Assembly: GCA_045576155.1 (NCBI GenBank)
Contig: JAZNFV010000016.1
Location: 20,654 to 84,653 of the forward strand
Direction: 5' to 3'
Length of the DNA stretch: 64,000 nt
From: Tidjanibacter sp.
Lineage (GTDB): Bacteria; Bacteroidota; Bacteroidia; Bacteroidales; Rikenellaceae
A program made the position numbers and the translations under genes. Shown here piece after piece: positions 57,437 to 64,000 of the stretch (the stretch's first letter is position 1; each line of letters opens with the position of its first letter). The notes beneath the pieces are model-generated. The model saw nothing but the letters and a program-made list of their open reading frames with translations. It ran no database searches and was not told where the DNA came from.

Positions 57437-58837
57437 CTACTCCACAGTGATGGTGTGGATGCGGTTGTAGCCTGTCTTGGCATCCCAAACGTTGTCGTTG
57501 GCCAACTGGATGGAGAATTTGGCATCCTTAGCCAAGCTCTCGTAGCCATCGGGGAGGTTGAGGTAGAGTTTATACTCGCCTGCTGCCAAGTCGGCGGGCA
57601 GGGTGATGGTGGTGTCGATGGTGGTCACGCACTTCTCAAACCAGAAGCGGGGGTCGGTGTTGATTTTGAAGTTGTATTCTTTCGAGCCACCCACCAGCAC
57701 GAGCTCGCAACCGCGAGGGTTCATAGGAGCTGCAAAACCGTTATTGGCAATGTTGAGCACAACGCGGAAGTCGCCACCGGCCACAGCCTTAGGAGTGAAG
57801 TAGGCGTTGGTCAGAGCCAGACGGTAGCCCAAGCGGTTCTCAATCTCGGGGAAGCATTTTTCCTGTTGCCAAGTGCTGATAACATCCTGATGGTAGCCGA
57901 TGTTCATATAGCTCCAATGCTGCTCCTCCATACGCTGTATGGCATTCTCGCAGTGGTGGAGTTTAGCGCCAGTGCCGCAAGTCTCGCCACCCATAATGGT
58001 GTAGCGGGTCTCGGCATCCCAGAAGAGCCAGTCGCCAGTGCCACGTTTGTCGTCGAAAGTACCGGTGTCGCTGGTCGAGGCGAGGAAGCAGTCGTTGTGA
58101 CCTGCCAAACGGGACAAGTCGCTGCCGTTGTGAGCGGTTGCTACGGTGATGGTGTCGGCGAGGGTAACGCCATACATCCTCATCTTGAAGTTGGGAGTAC
58201 GAAGCTCCACCTGACGATCTTTGGGAAGTGCTTTGAGGAGTGCATCGACAACCTTCCTGCGGTCGGCATACTGCTCGTCGGTCTTGATTGGGTAGTGGAA
58301 GTTGGAGGTGTAGTACCACTCGCCCCAAACGCCAATGAAACCTGCCTGAACGGTGTAGATAACGTCGGCATTCTTGTTGAGGATGGGGGTTACCTGCTCA
58401 ATGTGGCGGGCCACCATCTCCTGAGTTGCGTCCCAGGGTTTGTTGCTATTGGACTCGTTGTTTTTGTAGGCAAACCTCACGACAGCCTTAGCGCCACCCT
58501 CGCGGAGGTTGTTGAAGGTGGTCTGCATATTGTCCAAGTAGGCCTGCTCGATGTCGCTATCGATATAGTCGGTCAGGTAGAAGAGCGTCAGGAACAGGGA
58601 GCGACCTGCGGTGCGGGCAGCCGACACAGCCGACTTGCTCAGCGTACCATCGCCCACCGAGTGGTAGGATTTCTGGGTGTAGAAACCACGCTCGGGATTG
58701 ACCATACGTTTGTCGTGCGAGGTGTATGTCACCTCGGTAAGGCCGTCGTAGTTGGGGCCTACCTCATCGGGAGTCTGCTCGCAAGCAACCACCATAGAGG
58801 TTGCAAATGCGGCCAAAAGAAATGCGCTGAATTTCAT
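57437..58837 (-). CDS. DUF4874/DUF4832-type lipoprotein, putative glycoside hydrolase
   Basis: Lipobox VVA-C; NPERGFY, VRFAY, QAGFIGVWGEW, HNDCFL, MGGET, RLGYRL. Confidence 0.75.
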   Translation of the reverse strand: MKFSAFLLAAFATSMVVACEQTPDEVGPNYDGLTEVTYTSHDKRMVNPERGFYTQKSYHSVGDGTLSKSAVSAARTAGRSLFLTLFYLTDYIDSDIEQAYLDNMQTTFNNLREGGAKAVVRFAYKNNESNSNKPWDATQEMVARHIEQVTPILNKNADVIYTVQAGFIGVWGEWYYTSNFHYPIKTDEQYADRRKVVDALLKALPKDRQVELRTPNFKMRMYGVTLADTITVATAHNGSDLSRLAGHNDCFLASTSDTGTFDDKRGTGDWLFWDAETRYTIMGGETCGTGAKLHHCENAIQRMEEQHWSYMNIGYHQDVISTWQQEKCFPEIENRLGYRLALTNAYFTPKAVAGGDFRVVLNIANNGFAAPMNPRGCELVLVGGSKEYNFKINTDPRFWFEKCVTTIDTTITLPADLAAGEYKLYLNLPDGYESLAKDAKFSIQLANDNVWDAKTGYNRIHTITVE

Positions 58838-59006
58838 AGTTTTAGTTTTTTTATGTTATATATTTTGTTTCCGTAGTATTTGTTTCTCGTTTGGTGGGTC
58901 GCCCACAGTTTGTGCGGGGCAACCAAAGGGTTGGGTGTGATTCTCTCTTGCAAGCCACCGTTGGAGTGGACTATGCGGTCAAGTTGGTTTGAGCGGAAAG
59001 TAGCAA

Positions 59007-59054
59007 CAAAAAAACGAGTGCCCCCAGAGGCTCTTTCCCCTTTCGGGGGCACTC
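59007..59054 (-). terminator. Terminator-like hairpin inside the PUL-like run
   Basis: Minus strand gagtgccccc-loop-gggggcactc-g-T7. Confidence 0.65.
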
Positions 59055-59070
59055 CAAATCATAGAACTTA

Positions 59071-59865
59071 TTACTCCATCTCGGGAAGGTCGATGTAGAG
59101 CATAGCGGGACGGTTCTCGGTAGTACCGTCGCCCTCGCCTACCAAATCCTCGGCCGAGTACTGAGGCAGCTGACCTATCGACGACCAATCCTCGGTCTCG
59201 ACAATAGCGCCAATACCAATGGTGGAGGCCATATCGACAGCGATTGCGGGACGGAGCAACGAGCACTCAAACAGAGCTTTGTCCTCGCTCTCAACAACAG
59301 GCTCTATGGCAGCCACAACACCAAAGAGGCCGAGATCCTCCCAAGCCCACTCAGGCATCATATCAGCACCAGTGTAGATATCGACACCGGGGTTGTAGGC
59401 CGAAGTGCCACCATAGAAAGCACCCTGCAACATAAGGCCTGCGCAGTTGCTCCAAGCGTAGTAGCGACCAGTTGCGGGGTCGTTGTCTTGGTCGATGAAG
59501 AGATCCAAGTAACGCACGCCCGAGTAGCTACCAAGCTCCTCGATATACTGACCGCGAGGGTCAAATTCGAGATAGATGTAGATGTAGAGCTCGTCGGCGT
59601 GGAGTTTGAGAGTTTTCAGCACAGGGTAGGTGATAGTGCCCTCGGTGGGGAGGGTAGCCACAGCCACCTTGCTTGCATCCAGTGCGGCCCAGTCATCGAA
59701 AGCGCCATCAATGGTCACAGCACCCTTAAACTCCTCTTCCTCCTCTTCGGGCTCTTGGTTCTCAACGTCGGGTTTGGGGTTGGGTTTTTTGGTATCATCC
59801 TCCTTGTCGCCACAAGCGATAAGCATAGCCGCAACAGCAGCAATTGCAATAATCTTTTTAATCAT
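59071..59865 (-). CDS. Surface lipoprotein with DOMON/CBM9-like domain (paralog A)
   Basis: Lipobox LIA-C; VTIDGAFDDW, LYIYIYLE, FIDQDNDPATG. Confidence 0.75.
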   Translation of the reverse strand: MIKKIIAIAAVAAMLIACGDKEDDTKKPNPKPDVENQEPEEEEEEFKGAVTIDGAFDDWAALDASKVAVATLPTEGTITYPVLKTLKLHADELYIYIYLEFDPRGQYIEELGSYSGVRYLDLFIDQDNDPATGRYYAWSNCAGLMLQGAFYGGTSAYNPGVDIYTGADMMPEWAWEDLGLFGVVAAIEPVVESEDKALFECSLLRPAIAVDMASTIGIGAIVETEDWSSIGQLPQYSAEDLVGEGDGTTENRPAMLYIDLPEME

Positions 59866-59911
59866 AGTTTTTTGTGTATTAGGTAGTTAATAAAGGGTTA
59901 TCGTGGGTTGA

Positions 59912-61207
59912 TTAGTTGTGTACGGGAATAACAAGAGTACCAGTTGCAGGCAAAACACCCGATGCACCCCAATTCGACAAAACATAAGCTGCTACGCCAA
60001 TATTCTTAGTAGAGATTGTGGGCAATTCTGCACGAGAGATTGCAAACTCTGCATATAATACACCATTTTCCAAAACTGGCATTGCGCCATTGATAGTGAA
60101 CGTGCCGACCTCTGCTCCGTTCTCGTAGATTGTATTGCTACCCCACTTATACTGAATGAGGGCACTATTGTAGATGCACTGATTCTTCATAAGAGCATCA
60201 CCAGTACCAGTCCAACGACAATCAGTATAAGTGCCACCAGTTGCTTGGTCATTATCCAAATCAAGGAATACGCCCATATGCAGCACATCACTTACTTTCT
60301 CAATCTCAACATAAACATAGATATTATCTTTGTCTGCATAGGTTTTCAGGGTTTTCATAGAAGCATAAGTTGCGCCATCGGCAACAGTAGCCACATTCTT
60401 AGTGATATTTGCCCAATCGGTAAATACGCCATCAATAGCGATTTCAATACCAGCAGCATCGCCATCGGCAAGCACCTCTTCGGGAGCGTCAATAGTACCG
60501 AGGTTGTAGATTTTGTTTTTCTCCAATGTGACAGTAGTCGATTTAACCACCTCGCCCTTCACGGTAGCCGAAAGAGTCATCTCACCCTTAGCAAAGAGAG
60601 GAATGTAGGTAGTACCAGTAGAGGTGGTAGTATATGTGTTGTACTGGCCAATACCCCAACTTTTAATCAATGCAAAGGCATTTTTGCTGGTAGTGAGGGT
60701 TACAAGATAGTCGGAGGTGAGTTTCAAGACTGGTGCAGCGCTCAACGAGATAGCCGACTGACCCAATGCATCAGTGCTACCATCCATAACGATACCATCC
60801 AAACCAGCCGAGCTGTCGCAGAGTACGCCCTGACCTGCAACACCGCAACCCAAGTAGAATACCGACATTGGTTGGCCCACAATTGCGCTAACGCCCTCGG
60901 TTTTGCAAGTAAATACAAAGCTATCGCCATCGGTTTTGGTGTAGGTAAACCAGAAATCGCGCTCGTCGCCATAGCCACCCCAAGCGTCGGTTACGCAGAG
61001 CTGGTCGCCCTCCTCGAAGGAGAGTTTGTAGCCTTTGCCCTCCTCAAAGTCGCCCAAAGCAACCCTTGTGGGCTCGTCGATGGTTACGCAAATCGAAACC
61101 GATTCGCCCTGCTGTTCGGGTTTAACGCCCTCCTCAATATCGTTCTGGCAAGCTACTGCGCCCAAAGCTACAATAGCACTTGCGAAAATGTAGAAAATCT
61201 TTTTCAT
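59912..61207 (-). CDS. Fimbrillin-like lipoprotein with C-terminal DOMON/CBM9-like domain
   Basis: AVA-C-QNDIEE, strand then TRV, GDQLCV; C-terminal IAIDGVFTDW...FLDLDNDQATG. Confidence 0.75.
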   Translation of the reverse strand: MKKIFYIFASAIVALGAVACQNDIEEGVKPEQQGESVSICVTIDEPTRVALGDFEEGKGYKLSFEEGDQLCVTDAWGGYGDERDFWFTYTKTDGDSFVFTCKTEGVSAIVGQPMSVFYLGCGVAGQGVLCDSSAGLDGIVMDGSTDALGQSAISLSAAPVLKLTSDYLVTLTTSKNAFALIKSWGIGQYNTYTTTSTGTTYIPLFAKGEMTLSATVKGEVVKSTTVTLEKNKIYNLGTIDAPEEVLADGDAAGIEIAIDGVFTDWANITKNVATVADGATYASMKTLKTYADKDNIYVYVEIEKVSDVLHMGVFLDLDNDQATGGTYTDCRWTGTGDALMKNQCIYNSALIQYKWGSNTIYENGAEVGTFTINGAMPVLENGVLYAEFAISRAELPTISTKNIGVAAYVLSNWGASGVLPATGTLVIPVHN

Positions 61208-61245
61208 CGTTTTTTCTCTTTTTTTGCTAATTGTTTGACTTTGGT

Positions 61246-61374
61246 TTACCACTCTACATCCTCCTCGTTCAGGTAGATGTCCTCCACAAGGCCGTTGGCA
61301 CTTGCAGCAATGCCCTGCTCGATTACCATATAGGCGACCTCCAATGCGGGCGAAACGTAAGTGTTCTTTTTCAT
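61246..61374 (-). CDS. 42-aa small peptide, homolog of 10325-10483
   Basis: MKKNTYVSPALEVAYMVIEQGIAASANGLVEDIYLNEEDVEW*; A-rich aaaacaaacaaa-ATG. Confidence 0.8.
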   Translation of the reverse strand: MKKNTYVSPALEVAYMVIEQGIAASANGLVEDIYLNEEDVEW

Positions 61375-61598
61375 TTTGTTTGTTTTATTGTTCTTAATAA
61401 GATTAGTGTTTGTGTTCGAGAAGTTTTGCTTAGCTCCATCGCGGAGTATCACCCCCGCGATGGATGGTATTTTCTGCAAGCAGTCGGGCGGGATCTTAGA
61501 AAAACCCTTTTTAATTATTCACTTCTCCCGCTCGGTTTGCCGCAAAAAAGTGTTTTGGTTTTGTTCGTTTCTGCTAAACTAATGTGGAGCAACCGAAA

Positions 61599-62315
61599 TT
61601 ACTCAGCATAGTTGATAGTAACGTTGAACTGAGGAGCCAAACCGTTGGGATCCTCCTCCGAGATAACGTTGCAAGGAAGCAGACCGCAACGACCCCAGTC
61701 TTTCGACAAACCTACACCCATAGTGAAGCTTGCGCCGAAGTCCAAAGGAAGCATATCACGAGTTACCTGAATCTCGTAGCCAGCAGCGGTACCCATACCT
61801 GCGCAAGCACCTGCGATGCAAGCATCAACATCCCAGCTCCAACCCTCAGCACCGATCTCGCCGCTCCAAGGATAAGCCTCGCCACCATACTCAACAAAAG
61901 CGCCCTCGCTATATACAGCACCCTCGATGAGGTAGTCAACACCAGCGTTGCTCCATACGTTTGCATAACCACCGGTCATCTCATCGTTGTCGATGTTGAT
62001 GCAGAGGTCGATGTGGTAAACGCTTGCAGGATCGGGCTCGTTCGACTCGTAGTAAACATAGATGTAGAGGTCGTCAGCGTAGATTTTAACTTTCTTCAAT
62101 TCGCTGTGCAGGGTCTCGCCCTCGGGCAGAGTGGCCTCAACAACCTTGCTTGCGTCGAGAGCAGCCCAGTCACCAAACTGACCGTCGATAGTAATTGCGC
62201 TTACAAACTCGGGCTCGGGCTCACCACCGTCAACGGGTTTTTTGTTCTCTTCACCATTGTCGCCGCAAGCGATCAACATAGCAGCCATAGCTGCAATTGC
62301 AAAAAATTTTTTCAT
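61599..62315 (-). CDS. Surface lipoprotein with DOMON/CBM9-like domain (paralog B)
   Basis: Lipobox LIA-C; ITIDGQFGDWAALDASKV, LYIYVYYE, INIDNDEMTG. Confidence 0.78.
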   Translation of the reverse strand: MKKFFAIAAMAAMLIACGDNGEENKKPVDGGEPEPEFVSAITIDGQFGDWAALDASKVVEATLPEGETLHSELKKVKIYADDLYIYVYYESNEPDPASVYHIDLCINIDNDEMTGGYANVWSNAGVDYLIEGAVYSEGAFVEYGGEAYPWSGEIGAEGWSWDVDACIAGACAGMGTAAGYEIQVTRDMLPLDFGASFTMGVGLSKDWGRCGLLPCNVISEEDPNGLAPQFNVTINYAE

Positions 62316-62446
62316 AGTTTTTGTTTAATTAAAAATAGTTAATAAAAGGGTTTTTTCTATTTGTTTTTCTTATTGTTTCGTAGAGGTGGGTGCTACGGGG
62401 CGTAGGCGCTACCCACGCCCCGGATGTTTGCACCACAAATCTTTTT

Positions 62447-64000
62447 CTATCGGGGGTTCTGACCGATGTCGTTTACGTTCAACTCATCCTGAGGAATCTG
62501 GAAGGGAATACGGTCGTCGGTGTACTCCACAACCTCCCAAGTGTGAAGACCTGCAAAGCGACGGTCCATCGACATCTTGTTCCTCCAAGTGTCGAATGCA
62601 CGATGACCCTCGAAGCACAACTCCAAGCGACGCTCAGCAAGTACAACCTCCAACAAGTTGGCGTAGCCGTGATCCTGCCACCTGTGGTCGGTATCGTTCC
62701 ATACGGGGATACCTGCACGGGTGCGGATAACGTTTACGTCGGCCAAAGCACCAGCCTCATCGCCAGCTTTCAGACGAGCCTCAGCACGGTTGAGAACAAC
62801 CTCACCCCAGCGAACAATGATGGGCGACGAAAGGTTGGAAAGACCATCCTGATTGGAGAATTTCTTCTGCATATAGATGGGGTAGTTGTTACGCAGACCT
62901 TTCAGGCCAACGTTGGGACGTACATAGACTTTGGTCTTTGCACCCTCGTAGGTGATGAAGTACTCGGTGTAGCCGTTGATAACCTCAGGGGTAGCAACAT
63001 ACGATGTGCCCGAGTAGGTGAAGTTGCAAGTACCATCGGCATTCTTGGTTACGCCACGAACAACAGCGTTGTTTCGGAAAGCACCACCCTCATCCAAAGG
63101 CCAGTGTACCATAACCAAACCGTCGTTGGTGGTGTCGTAGAGCTCATACTGAGCCTCCTGACGTTTGTCCTCGGGGTAGCGCTCGAAGAGCTCCAAGAGG
63201 GTGTCGGAGTAGTAGTGCTCGCACCAGCCAATACCACCAGTACCATTGGGCGAGTAGTACATCGAACCCAAGCTACCAGTACCCTTATCCTCGGTGGCGG
63301 TGTGAGCTACGCACCAGAGCACCTCGTTTGAAGTGCGAGCGTTGGTGAAGAGGGTCGAGTAGTTAGAATCGAGCTTCGAGGCAATGTTGCCATAGTCGCC
63401 AGCGCTGCCGGTGAGCATAGTGTTCACAGTCTCGATAACCTTGTCGTACTCCTCCATATAGAGATATACGCGCGAGAGAAGACCCATAGCAGCCTCGTAG
63501 GATACATAACCTTTGTCGCCACGAGCGCTCTTGCCCTTCATCAGGCGAGCAGCCTCTTCGAGGTCGGCTACAACCTGAGCATAAACCTCACCTACGGTAG
63601 CACGCTCAGTTACGGAGCAGTCGGTAGAGGTACGCAAGATAACACCGGGGTTGCTCTCACCACGCGACAGAGGCCTTGCAAAGATGTTCACAAGGTTGAA
63701 GTGAGCAAGAGCCCTGAAAAAGTAGTTCTCGCCCTTCATATGTGCAGCCTCGTCGGAAGCGTTCTCGTCGAGAGCCTCGATGTTGGAGTTAGCCGAGTAG
63801 ATAATCTTATAAGCCAACCACCAGAAACCCTGATTGTTGTTCATAGTTGCGTTGTCGTCGTAGGTGAACGCATAGGAGAAGGGGTCGGAGGTAATACCCG
63901 ACAAAACTACGTTGTCGGCGCGATACTCTGCCATCTGGAAGAAGTGACGAACATAGCTATTGCCACTTGCGTAGATGTTCTTGTACTGCAACTCATCTTT
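62447..64000 (-). CDS. RagB/SusD family lipoprotein, 5' end beyond the window
   Basis: GENYFFRALAHFNLV, AAMGLLSRVYLY, RWGEVVLNRAEA, ERRLELCFEGHR, FQIPQDE..N; frame open to the window end. Confidence 0.95.
   Translation of the reverse strand, partial: KDELQYKNIYASGNSYVRHFFQMAEYRADNVVLSGITSDPFSYAFTYDDNATMNNNQGFWWLAYKIIYSANSNIEALDENASDEAAHMKGENYFFRALAHFNLVNIFARPLSRGESNPGVILRTSTDCSVTERATVGEVYAQVVADLEEAARLMKGKSARGDKGYVSYEAAMGLLSRVYLYMEEYDKVIETVNTMLTGSAGDYGNIASKLDSNYSTLFTNARTSNEVLWCVAHTATEDKGTGSLGSMYYSPNGTGGIGWCEHYYSDTLLELFERYPEDKRQEAQYELYDTTNDGLVMVHWPLDEGGAFRNNAVVRGVTKNADGTCNFTYSGTSYVATPEVINGYTEYFITYEGAKTKVYVRPNVGLKGLRNNYPIYMQKKFSNQDGLSNLSSPIIVRWGEVVLNRAEARLKAGDEAGALADVNVIRTRAGIPVWNDTDHRWQDHGYANLLEVVLAERRLELCFEGHRAFDTWRNKMSMDRRFAGLHTWEVVEYTDDRIPFQIPQDELNVNDIGQNPR

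Noticed and set aside
1-64000. tRNA, rRNA, prophage, defence or reverse-transcriptase genes
   Set aside because: None recognised by eye; all long ORFs have other explanations. tRNAscan/Infernal would be needed to exclude small RNAs formally.

Overview
Bacterial chromosomal segment, almost certainly Bacteroidota and probably Rikenellaceae/Alistipes-like (inference from the murF-alr fusion, TAnnTTTG promoters, SusD and many lipobox lipoproteins). Housekeeping genes: cysS, galK, TrmH- and RsmI-like methylases, murF-alr, dcp, amidase, LptD-like, mutS2, 5'-nucleotidase, nucleoside kinase, rplS, surE, an RND pump, ispG, recG, lspA and alkaline phosphatase. Two accessory surface-protein loci: a minus-strand BACON/fimbrillin/LRR lipoprotein cluster (4.6-20.4 kb) and the distal part of a SusD-containing PUL-like locus (54.5-64 kb). 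I recognised no tRNA, rRNA, CRISPR array, integrase or transposase. Most notable: (1) two homologous, leader/core-like small peptides (52 and 42 aa), each immediately upstream of a fimbrillin-like 'ACQNDIEE' lipoprotein in otherwise unrelated loci; (2) a six-copy modular intergenic element at gene 3' ends, with a covarying terminator-like hairpin plus copy-specific 7- and 9-bp minisatellites; (3) a REP-like structured repeat, including a 122-bp inverted pair whose differences are mostly compensatory; (4) a CysRS with several single-base substitutions in normally conserved catalytic motifs. Start codons were chosen by eye and domain names come from motif recognition, not database searches.
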